This document shows, one piece after another, positions 44,844 through 55,317 of a DNA stretch of 64,000 bases (position 1 is the stretch's first letter; every line of letters begins with the position of its first letter). A program made the position numbers and the translations under genes. The stretch covers positions 224,001 through 288,000 of the forward strand of contig CBFHOE010000002.1 of the NCBI GenBank assembly GCA_965657355.1, in the 5' to 3' direction. The notes beneath the pieces are model-generated. The model saw nothing but the letters and a program-made list of their open reading frames with translations. It searched no databases and was not told where the DNA came from. This DNA is from Limisphaerales bacterium (GTDB taxonomy: Bacteria > Verrucomicrobiota > Verrucomicrobiia > Limisphaerales > JAJOIW01).

Positions 44844-47800
44844 TTAACACTTTTTAGGATCGGTGTTCGACAACCGCAAAAAACCCAAACGATGAGATTC
44901 CTTGACAAAATTTTCTAACTTTTTCTCCGAAATCGAAAAACGAGTTCCCAGGTCTTGGGCAAATATTGAAATATAGTATTCCTCAACCATTCCTCTGAAT
45001 TCGCGCGCTTTCATTATGGATTCTGGGGAAAAATGTTGAGATTTTTGCCATTTCTCAGATAAAGCATGCCAAGGTCTTACCTTTTCCCATTTGGACTGGT
45101 CTTTACTTGGACTTGTTTTCGCTCTTTGCACTCTGATCAACCGCGCTTTGAGGGAACGAGGTAAATAGGAAAGCTCCTCTTTCGACTGCATGTTTCGGAA
45201 AAACCTTTTCGGCAAAAGAGACTGCAAATCATCTCTTACAATCGACGGCCCAGGGGTGTGGGATAGAATTTCCTGCCGCAAGCGCAATGTTTCTGTAACC
45301 TTACCGGCCACCCACTTTCCTAAATTAGGTATGGATGCGCGTGCGGCTATCACTGCCGATTCGAAATCATTCTTTTTCAATGGCCAAAGATTAGAAGCGG
45401 GAAATAATATTCTGAGACAAAATTCCGTTACATCTTGCACAAGGTATTCAAGGTCAGGATATGTCACCGCATCCAAATTTTGATGGGTTATGGTGAGTAA
45501 ATCTTTTTCGAGCCAAAGCATCTCTTTTCCTAAAGCAAGACTTCCCAATCTGCGGTAGGCAGGTGTGGATGAAAGCTTGGCATCTTTTAAAGAGCGAAAA
45601 GTTCGCACATGAACAAGCCCCCCTTCAAGATACAGCCCTGGAAATATCCAGGACGTGCGAGCTCCCGGTGTATTGATTTCAACATGCTCGGGGAGGTCTC
45701 CAAAATCCCAGGTCCTTACATCATGCCTTTCAAAAGACCTCACGGCACTGACCATTTGCCCTTTGTGAGCACTCGCACTCTGGTTTTGCAAGTAAGATTG
45801 AAACTCAAAAATATCCTTACCTTGGAATTGAGTTTTCCCATTTTTATCAACTACACCCACCTTGACCTGCAAATACTCAGGGAGCTTTTCCCACTCCCAT
45901 ATGGAAGGTGGGATATCAATTTTTTTGTTAATCCTTATCCAATTGGAGAGATCCTGTGATAAGTATTTACTTTTTGGTTTTAGGTCACCAACGATTTCCT
46001 GTGCCGTTTCAGATATGGGCATCAACTCTTTTCTGAACTGGCGTGGCAATAATCTGAGCAAGTTCTCAACTTTTTCATATCTATATCCTGGCACAAGCCA
46101 GTCCAAAAGTGCCTGAGTTACTTTCATACTCAGAATTGCAGGTAGAAAAATGGTAACCCCATCGTTTTTCTCTCCTGGAGAATATGAGTATTCAAAATCT
46201 ACAATATGGCCAGCACATGAAAGCTGGTCTGGATAATTAGCTTTCTCGATTTCCAAAGAGGTATCCTGAATGATATCACCAAGAGACATATTGAGATAAT
46301 GAGGATCACTTTCATTCCATTCTTTTAGCTGCTTGTTAAAGTCATGAATTGATGATATCTCTGCTCCCTGAAATTTTTTGTGATAATAATCATAAATCCT
46401 ATCATCGAGACGAGACATGGAAACGTCTCGCATGCGTCTCTGCCAGTTTTGGATTTCATTTATCACACCCTTATTGTGCTCCATGAACGGAAAAACCTGG
46501 TTTAGCTGACCTTCAACAAGTGCCTCTCTGATAAAAATATCTGTAGCATCAACAGGGTTGATTTTTTTAAGATCAACTGATCGAACAATGACCTCCAGCC
46601 CTTTGAGTGCCACTCTCTCATTTACAACAACTCGAGAAGATTTTTTATCCCATCTCGGCTCAAAATAAGTAAATTGGCAAAGGTGCTCTCCGAACTCAAT
46701 AATCCACTCGGGTCGAATTTTTGCATTATTACGAGCAAAGAGTTGACTCGTTTCTAGAAACTCTCCGGCCACGATCCATCTTGGTTGCCCTGCTCGGTCA
46801 GAAGACTTTTGTGATAGTTTCCCTTTATTTTTGAGTTTTCTTTCTCGGCTTGTTGTTGCTCTAAAAACGACAGACCCCGGAAAGGCCATAACTTTTCTAT
46901 TACCTGGAGACTTATACCAATTTTTCTCGACCCAAAAACCTGTTTGTATAATAAGCCCAGTTAAAATTGATCTATGAATCGCATCCTCTCCAGCCTCAGA
47001 TTTATTAAATTTAAAACCACCTATCTCGCGCAGGGTATATTTTAATTGCGTATGTATGTCCCTCCACTCTCTGAACCTGATAAAGGATATGAAATTCTTC
47101 TTACAAAATTTTCTGAGCTGATTCTGTGACCTAAGGTTTTTTGCATTCTCGTGAAGTACATTCCAAAGATTGAGCATCGTGATGAAATCTGAGTTCTCAT
47201 CTCTGAAAACTTGATGAGCAGCATCGGCCTGCTTTTCTTGCTCCAAAGGCCTTTCTTTTGGATCCTGAATGGATAAACCAGATGCAATAATCACAACTTC
47301 ATGGAGTGCGTTCTCCTCACTTGCCTGGATAACCATTCTTCCAATCATGGGATCAACTGGCAAGCGAGCTAAACGTTTTCCCAATGGGGTTAGCCCGAAG
47401 TGTTGATCTAGCGCACCGAGCTCCTGTAGCAACTTATAGCCGTTCTTGATTGCCTTTTCCTGAGGAGGGTTGAGAAATGGGAAAGATTCGATGTCACCTA
47501 AACGAAAAGCCTTCATTTTAAGAATGACCTCGGCTAGGTTGCATCTTTGCAATTCAGGCTGAGTAAATTTTGGCCGCTCTAAAAAATCTTCCTCTGAATA
47601 CAGGCGAACGCAGATACCATCTTGCACCCTTCCGCAGCGGCCTTTTCTTTGATTTGCTGACGATTGAGAGATGGGCTCAATAGGGAGACGCTTAGTCCGT
47701 GTCCTAGGGCTATATCGGCTCATGCGTGCTAACCCGCAATCAATGACAAATCGAATATTGGGGATCGTTACTGACGTTTCAGCAATATTGGTGGCGATGA

Positions 47801-48860
47801 CAACCCTCCGGCTTAAGCTACTGGAGAATATTCTTTGCTGCTCTGCAGATGAGAGACGCCCAAATAAGGGAAGAATTTCAAGTCGACCACCATATCTGGC
47901 TTCCATTTGATCGCGACACTCTCGTATATCTCTTTCCCCTGGCATAAATACGAGAAAATCACCCGGAGAAGGGTCATGCAACAACGACTCCACAGCGTCG
48001 ACGGCAGCCTCAACAAAACCATATTCATATTCTAGATCCTCTTCATCCCAAGGTTGGTATATGACTTCGACAGGAAAAACTTTACCTGAAACTTCGATAA
48101 TTGGTGCCTCATTAAATGCTTTTGAAAATGCCTTTGTATCGATTGTTGCTGAAGTAATGATAATTTTTAACTCGGGGCGTTCATCTATAAGATTTCTTAA
48201 ATAACCTAAAATGAAGTCGATATTAAGAGATCTTTCATGGGCTTCATCTATAATAAGGACTTCGTAATCCAAAAGTTTTGGATCTCCCTGAGCCTCAGCT
48301 AAAAGCATTCCATCGGTAAGAAATTTAATAAATGTTTCGGACGAGGTATCGTCATTAAATCTCACCTTACAGCCCACCGTTTTCCCCCACTCGACTTCCA
48401 GTTCCTCTGCAACTCGTTTTGAAATAGAGTGAGCGGCAACACGTCGAGGTTGAGAGCAGCCAATAAATCCCTTAGTCCCCAATCCTGCTGCGAGACACAT
48501 TTTAGGGATTTGGGTTGTTTTTCCTGAACCGGTTTCACCAGCTATGATCACAACCTGGTTGTGCTGGATTGCCCGAACTATTTCCTCACACCTTTCACTG
48601 ACTGGAAGTGCTCCCGGAAAAGAGGGATTCGGTAAAGACTCTTTTCGGTTTTCGACTTTTTTCAGAGATTGTTGCAATCTCCTTATTGCAGATTCTATTT
48701 TAGACTTATTGGGAAGCCTTTGTTGTGCCAAGCAAAGCTGAAAAAATTCAAGATCTTTGACTAGGCCCGGCTTATCCCGCAAGTAACTGCGAGGGATTTT
48801 CTTTTCGTATTCATGAATTAGATCAGATACGAAAGTTAATGTCATTTCACTTGAGCCCAT
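44844..48860 (-). CDS. hrpA: ATP-dependent RNA helicase HrpA
   Basis: 'GETGSGKTTQIP', 'QPRRVAA', 'DEAHERSLNIDF', 'TSAT', 'ATNIAETS', 'QRKGRCGR'; HrpA-type C-terminus 'WLVPG...EEY.IS.FAQ.LGT'. Confidence 0.95.
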   Translation of the reverse strand: MGSSEMTLTFVSDLIHEYEKKIPRSYLRDKPGLVKDLEFFQLCLAQQRLPNKSKIESAIRRLQQSLKKVENRKESLPNPSFPGALPVSERCEEIVRAIQHNQVVIIAGETGSGKTTQIPKMCLAAGLGTKGFIGCSQPRRVAAHSISKRVAEELEVEWGKTVGCKVRFNDDTSSETFIKFLTDGMLLAEAQGDPKLLDYEVLIIDEAHERSLNIDFILGYLRNLIDERPELKIIITSATIDTKAFSKAFNEAPIIEVSGKVFPVEVIYQPWDEEDLEYEYGFVEAAVDAVESLLHDPSPGDFLVFMPGERDIRECRDQMEARYGGRLEILPLFGRLSSAEQQRIFSSSLSRRVVIATNIAETSVTIPNIRFVIDCGLARMSRYSPRTRTKRLPIEPISQSSANQRKGRCGRVQDGICVRLYSEEDFLERPKFTQPELQRCNLAEVILKMKAFRLGDIESFPFLNPPQEKAIKNGYKLLQELGALDQHFGLTPLGKRLARLPVDPMIGRMVIQASEENALHEVVIIASGLSIQDPKERPLEQEKQADAAHQVFRDENSDFITMLNLWNVLHENAKNLRSQNQLRKFCKKNFISFIRFREWRDIHTQLKYTLREIGGFKFNKSEAGEDAIHRSILTGLIIQTGFWVEKNWYKSPGNRKVMAFPGSVVFRATTSRERKLKNKGKLSQKSSDRAGQPRWIVAGEFLETSQLFARNNAKIRPEWIIEFGEHLCQFTYFEPRWDKKSSRVVVNERVALKGLEVIVRSVDLKKINPVDATDIFIREALVEGQLNQVFPFMEHNKGVINEIQNWQRRMRDVSMSRLDDRIYDYYHKKFQGAEISSIHDFNKQLKEWNESDPHYLNMSLGDIIQDTSLEIEKANYPDQLSCAGHIVDFEYSYSPGEKNDGVTIFLPAILSMKVTQALLDWLVPGYRYEKVENLLRLLPRQFRKELMPISETAQEIVGDLKPKSKYLSQDLSNWIRINKKIDIPPSIWEWEKLPEYLQVKVGVVDKNGKTQFQGKDIFEFQSYLQNQSASAHKGQMVSAVRSFERHDVRTWDFGDLPEHVEINTPGARTSWIFPGLYLEGGLVHVRTFRSLKDAKLSSTPAYRRLGSLALGKEMLWLEKDLLTITHQNLDAVTYPDLEYLVQDVTEFCLRILFPASNLWPLKKNDFESAVIAARASIPNLGKWVAGKVTETLRLRQEILSHTPGPSIVRDDLQSLLPKRFFRNMQSKEELSYLPRSLKARLIRVQRAKTSPSKDQSKWEKVRPWHALSEKWQKSQHFSPESIMKAREFRGMVEEYYISIFAQDLGTRFSISEKKLENFVKESHRLGFLRLSNTDPKKC

Positions 48861-48924
48861 TTTCAGAGATCAAGATGCCAGAAGGAAATAATTTGTCCAA
48901 GTGACAATGGCGTATCATTTGGAT

Positions 48925-51900
48925 TTATTCATTTAAAGGAATGAGTCTGAAGAATAATTCGGACTGAATCTCAGAATCATTAAAAGATAAATCATCTAGG
49001 TCAATTGCAATTATGTCGGCACCGTCTCTATTGACTAAATCAATTGCGGATGGATTGATTGCACCCCATGTTTCAAGGTTGTTGGAGACTTGTATCCGAC
49101 TAAAAACATCAATACCCGTGACCGATTGGAGTCCGTAAAGCCATAATGAATTATCCTCTGCCATATAACTTATGGATAGATTAATGAAATCTGAACCGTC
49201 ATTTGGGTTTTTACTGTCTTGAGATAGAGATGCCACATATGACTCGAAATTATTCTTACCATCGGAGTCGTTATCCTGGTAGCCATTGAACTTCAGTGAA
49301 CCGAAATTCTCCAACTCCCAATCATCAGGCAAGGCATCATTATCAACGTTCATAGGCAAGACGACTTGGCCTGAAAGCGATATAATACCGGTCATTCTGG
49401 GGCGTATTAAAAAATCTGAACTCGTTGGCGATGAATTGAGTCCGTGTATAGAAAAGACATTTTGCTCCTTATTAAAAAGAAGCTGATCACTAGAAATGTC
49501 AAATGTTTCAAAGGATACTGCTGATCTATCACTATTGGATGCACTGCTTCTAGAATTCCAGCCGAGTGAATTTAGATTTCTGACGTTCGCACTTGCTAGA
49601 ACTTTACCATTAAGATAAGCCACAAAGCCATCGTCGTACATCATTTCAAAGGCGATATTCTCAATTGTGGCATTATTAGGTTTGTGAATATTGAATCTTA
49701 TTAATGCTGATGCTGTTTTATTGCGCATTTGATCTAGGACAGACGTATTGATAAATGGTTCATATCCAGAGGAGGACTCATAGCCAATTCCCGAGAAACC
49801 CTGCCACCATTGTGTATCCTCAAAGTCTGAATCGTTCCAACCAATTAAATCAGCGCTATTCTCCGGAATGATATACTTTAAAGAATCTAAAGGATCGACT
49901 AATACAATATCATCTTCATTTTTGAGAAACAGGCTTTCTGTTCTGGACCAGTAATTTCCATTTGAGCTTTTACTCAAGATTTTGAAAAACCAAATTTGGC
50001 CGTGTCCAAGTCCTGCAATGGATCGCTCAATTTTATGATTGGTAACTGATCCCAAGGATTGACTGTTTTCCCAAAGCTTTTCGTTACCCCCAGCAGGGGT
50101 TTTCCCAAAAAATAAGGTGAGTTCAGTTTCATCAGAGATCCCTGGAAGCTCTATAGATAGATTCGCTCTACCATAACCATTTTGTTCAATTTTAACGATT
50201 CTGGAGACCTGGGGAAACCCTAGGGCATCATTATCCAATTCGGTCATGAACAATTCCGGAAAAATCAACATATCCGAACTTGAAACAGAGCTATTAAGAC
50301 CATGGATAGCTAAAATATTTTCCCCCTTTTCCAATAAATCAGTGGATACCTCTATCGGGTAGTCCTGACCAACAAGCGCTCGGCTATCAGGGTGACTCCT
50401 TGTTGCGCTTGAGTTCCATGCAGAAATACTTGGTGAGTTTGAAGAGGCTACAATCTTTCCATTTATATAAGCGATAAACCCATCATCGTAAAACATCCGC
50501 AAATCCAAAGATTTAACTATATCTGGATCTGTGACATTAAAGGGAATTCGTATGTAAACTGAAGCATTCTCATTATACATTGAGGACTCGAGATCAGTGT
50601 AAATCCATCGTTCATACCCAGAATTCCTTTCATACCCAACACCACCTTTACCCTCTTTCCAGCTGGCGTCCAAAAACCTTATATTTGTCCAATTTAACTT
50701 TTCTAATCCGTTTTCAGGAACCTTGACCTTTCGCATGGAGTTGCCGTCAACGACCTTGCCGGGAAGAAGAACCGCAAGTGAAAAATTTTCTATTGAACTG
50801 CCGCCCGAGTTCGAATCCACTGCCTCCATTTGCAACAGAAGCATCTCTTCATCCAAAGCTAATAATGAGTCCTTATTGAGGGAACTTATCGCCCCACCGG
50901 GATTAGAAACAGTGAATAGATCTGAATATTCACTTTCTAAAATTCTAAATTCGGGTGAAAAGTTTTCTGGGTCAGAATACTGCAAAGTCCCGATCTCATT
51001 ATTGGACTCGCTTATATTCAATTGAAAAATCTGATCTGGAACATAAATCGGTTCATTGATGTCACTCACAGCGATCTGCACAGTCAGTGAGCCAGTTTTA
51101 TCTAATGTGGCAACTTGAATCTGAAGAAAATGTTTGGTATTGCGTTCGTAATTCAAGTATCTCTCACTTTTCAGGCTAAGTTCGCCAGATAGAGTGTTTA
51201 GAGCGAATAAATCCAGTTCATTTCCATTAATTATTGAATAGACTGCCGATTCATTTATTCCCAAAAGCTGTTTCAGATTAGCAAGCACAGTCGCCGGAGC
51301 AAGTGTTTCAGGGACGCTTAAGCTGATGTCCTGATATGGAGTCGTGTTTCTTTCAAAACCTATTTTTACAGGTAAAAGAACTTCGGGCCCATCATGCACT
51401 CCAACATATACTTCTAGATCTTGTGTCACTCCGGGAATGACATCTATTTCGAGTATATGACCGTCACTTATCCCCACTCTATTTTTATAATTCTCGGGAA
51501 CATCATGGATAACAAACTGCCATTCCATGTCGGTCGGGGCTCCTAAGCTCTTGATATCTCGAATCGAGTTGCTGAGGTCCAACCTCAATATACCACCCTC
51601 TTGATTGAAAACTTTTAATCGCGGCTGCACCCAACCAAAATTGAGTGATGGCTTATCGATTACCTGGAGCTCTAATTCTTTCGAAAGAGACTGTGTATTT
51701 AGCTTGGCGATAAATTTAAAAATATAAGTACCAGGAACATTGAATTCCCAATTAATCATATCAGTATCTATATCCTCAGGCCCACGAATCTGTAACCATT
51801 GGCCAATCCCATCTTGCTTCTCATTATTTTCATCAAGGTAGAAAACACCAAAATCTGTAGGATCATAAACCCCGACTGGCAGAACCAAGAGGTTTGAAAG

Positions 51901-54900
51901 ACCTGAGATAGTACCAGCATCGGGTAGGTCTTGTCCTAAGAGGGCTGAAACTTCCGAAGGGGCCAAAGCTTCCTTAAAAATCTTTAATTCATCGAACGCC
52001 CCACGGAAGTAATCAGAGGTCGAATTCCCATTTCTAGAAACACCAAAGTTTGCCTCATCGATAGAATAAAGACCTTTAATAAACGACATACTTTGTTTTA
52101 CAACTGGATTCCCATCTATATATAAGGTGGTCAATCCAGATATTTCGGCAGTTAATAAAAGGTGATGCCATTCCCCATCATCGAGCCTATCTTCAAAAAA
52201 ATGAATGAGATCCATATTCCCCTGAGACTCTTTACGTTCGATATAAACCTCACCGCGATTTAAATAAATCTGATAGTTTTGAGTGCCATCTATTAGATCA
52301 CTGGCTGAAAAAATGATTTGCTTATCTGCTTCAGTGGTTTTAAACCACAACGAGATACTTCCTTCTCCCATCGCTTTCAAAGCATCAACCAAGGTGGTAA
52401 GTCTTAAATATTCGTTCGAGCCGTTTAATCGAGACGCTTGATTTCGGACCCCATCTACAAAGACATCAACATTTCTGTGATATATGGTGTTATTATTTCC
52501 ACTGACATCCAGAATACTGCCTCCTGAGATTTTATCTAATGGCCAATGGCCGAACAAAGAGGACATGAAAGGTGAGGCAGCCGTTTCTGATGCTTTGACA
52601 ATAACTGTCAGCATTCTTTGAGTAGAGTATTCGCCGTCACGGGCGGTTAGGGAAATAAGATATTTTCCTGGAGTCAGAGCTGTAAAGACCGCGTCCTCGA
52701 GGTCACCACCAGATATCGCATACTCAGCAGATGTGGGTGATTTTGTTACTCGCCAGTTAATATTTAGCTCCCCAGAAAGAGGGGCTATAGATTGTACATA
52801 TGTTTGAGCCTTTAATTCGAGTGAATCGCCAGCCCGCATACTCACAATATTTTGCTTGGGAGAAATTACGTCAACTAATGGAAATACAAAAGTAATAAAG
52901 TTTGTATGCCTTTTGAATGCAGCATCCTCAACAACGTACCTTATTCTGGCAACGCCGCGCGCTCCGTCATGTGGAGTGAAGGTAACACTGCCGGTATAGA
53001 AATTATTTCGGGCTACCCCTTTGTATGAGCTTTTAATTGTTTCAACTTCCATTATACCTTTTCCGGAATTCATATTCCGGAATAAAACAATTCGGCTCCC
53101 CCAACCAATATCGCCAGTGCCTGTTTGGGTATTACTTGGTGAACCAACCCCGTATGTTAAATTCAAATGTTGTAAAGATTGTCTTCCAGCAAGATAGTCA
53201 TTGGAAAGCGGATTTAAAGTTACGCTTCCCATCGACTTGTCCCAAACAATGATATCATTAACAGTGGTTGATTTGGTTTCCTGATAAATAATCCTTACGG
53301 AAAAGTTGGCTCCGCCCTGACGATATTGAAAAACTTCACTTCCTTTAGCATTTCTATTGGCTCGCACAACAATCAAAGAATCATCATCTTTACTGACGTG
53401 AACTATTGACATATTTGGGCGCTTCACAACAGAAATTGAGCCGTTCCTTTTTCCATCAAAAGAAATTGATTCACCGGGAGCCAAAGTCCATGAATCAACA
53501 GAAGTCGGTTTTCCAACAACTACAGCAACATCACCTTTGTGAAGCCAGCCCGAATCACTATTTCCCACATCTCCCTGGAGTGAATAACTAAAAAAAGCAG
53601 TACCTCCAAAAGTCAGTGAAGGTGTAAAAATGATATTAGCACCATCAATGGCGACCTCACCCGCATTTTGAGGCGAGACCTTACTGACTTCAGCAATGCT
53701 TAATCGGTTCACCTCTCCATGCCTGACTGAAGTCAGGTCGTTATTAAGAACCGGAATAGTAACTGGCTTACCCACCTCAGTTTCGGCGGAATCATTTTTG
53801 GCAAATGGTATCTCTCTGGGATTTCTCAGCAGTCTTTCGCCAGGCAACCTATTTCTGGAATGGCTGTAAATGGAAAATGCAGATGTCACTCCATTCTGAA
53901 CATCTGTAAAAAAATTCCTTCCGCCATCTCCGTTAGCAAAAGAATTCATAATTCCGCCATCTGAGTGTTCCGATCCCAAATTGTGTCCCATTTCATGAGC
54001 TAAAGTCGGCCAACCGGTATTTTCTCTTATTATGGCTACGGATGAAGCCCCTTGAATGGACCTTAAAAAAGCGACACCAAGGGAGTTTCCGGAAAGGCCA
54101 TTACCCCATTTAACGGCAGATGACCAGCCATGTAGAGATTGCCTTCTGTATTGATTACACCACGCTCTAAATTGATCCAGAGATTGAGGTATGTCATTAA
54201 AATCATTCGATGTTGGAGTGAGAACGAGTTCCTGCAAGAGGAGGCGTATACCAAGTTGGTTTTCGTATACAGAGGCAACATTTGAAATCATGGCAAGCCA
54301 CTGCGATGTCTTGTTTTGCAATAAGCTTTCTGAACGACCACCAGTAGCTTTTTTGTCCAAAACAGCCAACATCAGCATTGGCCGGAGTGAGCGAAAATAC
54401 ATATCCCCAGATGGAATTGTTTGCACGTATTTTTCAAGCTTACCATTTTGAGGATTGTATCCTCCCTGCTCTGCTACAGTTAATCCATCTACGAGGATTT
54501 CTGCTTCGCCAGCCACTTCCCATAAGTCGCTTGTCTGAGTCCTTCCCATCGCACGCATGAGGCATAGTGAAGAATTACTTTCCTTTTCGCATATGTAATG
54601 AAACCTGTCATGCGAATGGTATACTGACTCGAAACCACCATTTTCACTGGATCGAATCAAGGTCTGGCTTCCATCGGAATGAGTTATATTTGCAAACAAA
54701 GCATTTTGCACCACAGCAAGGCTATAAACCTCGGTATGGTCTGTTATCACTTTGTCGTCTATGAGCCTGATACCTTGATACGTTCGAGTTCCCCATTCTG
54801 CCTGCAGTTCATCGCCCAGAGTGTAACGGAAATTATCAGCAAGTATTGAAACTGGCCTCCATGCAATTTGATAATCAAATCGCCCTTGCGAGGTTTTTGT

Positions 54901-55251
54901 GACCAAACGAGTAGGGCATCCAGCGTCAATTTTTGATACGAGCTCACTCAGAGTCGGTGAAAATGCTTGGGCTGGATTAAGATCAAAGCCCAGAATTTCT
55001 GAGAATCCCTCGTCATTCGAATTCGCTGAAGCTGAGGATTTATTGGGGCTTGGATTGACACCTGGTTTGCTCGTAATAAATGGTTTCTGAAAAATGTTTT
55101 CTGGCTGGAGTTGAACCAGAGGTGATAACGAAACTGAAGGGTAATCAGGTGAAAAACCGACGTAACCCAACCTAAATAAAATCCCTAATATTAACCCTAG
55201 AAAAGCAACTTTAAAAATTCCTACACATCTAAAATTCCCAAATAACCGCAT
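48925..55251 (-). CDS. Giant secreted metzincin (M12B/reprolysin-like) metalloprotease with Ig-like, LamG, cadherin-like and two beta-sandwich domains
   Basis: 'AHEMGHNLGSEH...GIM' zinc motif with Met-turn; LamG ('GHWPLD', 'SLWFKT', 'DGEWHH', 'LYIDG'); cadherin-like 'LNYE...DINE'; two 'YDDGF.AY.NG' domains; 'DNDALPDDWE'; C-terminal 'QVSNNLETW...LFFRLI'. Confidence 0.85.
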   Translation of the reverse strand: MRLFGNFRCVGIFKVAFLGLILGILFRLGYVGFSPDYPSVSLSPLVQLQPENIFQKPFITSKPGVNPSPNKSSASANSNDEGFSEILGFDLNPAQAFSPTLSELVSKIDAGCPTRLVTKTSQGRFDYQIAWRPVSILADNFRYTLGDELQAEWGTRTYQGIRLIDDKVITDHTEVYSLAVVQNALFANITHSDGSQTLIRSSENGGFESVYHSHDRFHYICEKESNSSLCLMRAMGRTQTSDLWEVAGEAEILVDGLTVAEQGGYNPQNGKLEKYVQTIPSGDMYFRSLRPMLMLAVLDKKATGGRSESLLQNKTSQWLAMISNVASVYENQLGIRLLLQELVLTPTSNDFNDIPQSLDQFRAWCNQYRRQSLHGWSSAVKWGNGLSGNSLGVAFLRSIQGASSVAIIRENTGWPTLAHEMGHNLGSEHSDGGIMNSFANGDGGRNFFTDVQNGVTSAFSIYSHSRNRLPGERLLRNPREIPFAKNDSAETEVGKPVTIPVLNNDLTSVRHGEVNRLSIAEVSKVSPQNAGEVAIDGANIIFTPSLTFGGTAFFSYSLQGDVGNSDSGWLHKGDVAVVVGKPTSVDSWTLAPGESISFDGKRNGSISVVKRPNMSIVHVSKDDDSLIVVRANRNAKGSEVFQYRQGGANFSVRIIYQETKSTTVNDIIVWDKSMGSVTLNPLSNDYLAGRQSLQHLNLTYGVGSPSNTQTGTGDIGWGSRIVLFRNMNSGKGIMEVETIKSSYKGVARNNFYTGSVTFTPHDGARGVARIRYVVEDAAFKRHTNFITFVFPLVDVISPKQNIVSMRAGDSLELKAQTYVQSIAPLSGELNINWRVTKSPTSAEYAISGGDLEDAVFTALTPGKYLISLTARDGEYSTQRMLTVIVKASETAASPFMSSLFGHWPLDKISGGSILDVSGNNNTIYHRNVDVFVDGVRNQASRLNGSNEYLRLTTLVDALKAMGEGSISLWFKTTEADKQIIFSASDLIDGTQNYQIYLNRGEVYIERKESQGNMDLIHFFEDRLDDGEWHHLLLTAEISGLTTLYIDGNPVVKQSMSFIKGLYSIDEANFGVSRNGNSTSDYFRGAFDELKIFKEALAPSEVSALLGQDLPDAGTISGLSNLLVLPVGVYDPTDFGVFYLDENNEKQDGIGQWLQIRGPEDIDTDMINWEFNVPGTYIFKFIAKLNTQSLSKELELQVIDKPSLNFGWVQPRLKVFNQEGGILRLDLSNSIRDIKSLGAPTDMEWQFVIHDVPENYKNRVGISDGHILEIDVIPGVTQDLEVYVGVHDGPEVLLPVKIGFERNTTPYQDISLSVPETLAPATVLANLKQLLGINESAVYSIINGNELDLFALNTLSGELSLKSERYLNYERNTKHFLQIQVATLDKTGSLTVQIAVSDINEPIYVPDQIFQLNISESNNEIGTLQYSDPENFSPEFRILESEYSDLFTVSNPGGAISSLNKDSLLALDEEMLLLQMEAVDSNSGGSSIENFSLAVLLPGKVVDGNSMRKVKVPENGLEKLNWTNIRFLDASWKEGKGGVGYERNSGYERWIYTDLESSMYNENASVYIRIPFNVTDPDIVKSLDLRMFYDDGFIAYINGKIVASSNSPSISAWNSSATRSHPDSRALVGQDYPIEVSTDLLEKGENILAIHGLNSSVSSSDMLIFPELFMTELDNDALGFPQVSRIVKIEQNGYGRANLSIELPGISDETELTLFFGKTPAGGNEKLWENSQSLGSVTNHKIERSIAGLGHGQIWFFKILSKSSNGNYWSRTESLFLKNEDDIVLVDPLDSLKYIIPENSADLIGWNDSDFEDTQWWQGFSGIGYESSSGYEPFINTSVLDQMRNKTASALIRFNIHKPNNATIENIAFEMMYDDGFVAYLNGKVLASANVRNLNSLGWNSRSSASNSDRSAVSFETFDISSDQLLFNKEQNVFSIHGLNSSPTSSDFLIRPRMTGIISLSGQVVLPMNVDNDALPDDWELENFGSLKFNGYQDNDSDGKNNFESYVASLSQDSKNPNDGSDFINLSISYMAEDNSLWLYGLQSVTGIDVFSRIQVSNNLETWGAINPSAIDLVNRDGADIIAIDLDDLSFNDSEIQSELFFRLIPLNE

Positions 55252-55317
55252 AATTTATTTAAATGAGTCTGATCTAAGATAATCCAAAAGCTTAATTTTT
55301 AAATCCCTTGGCAACGA

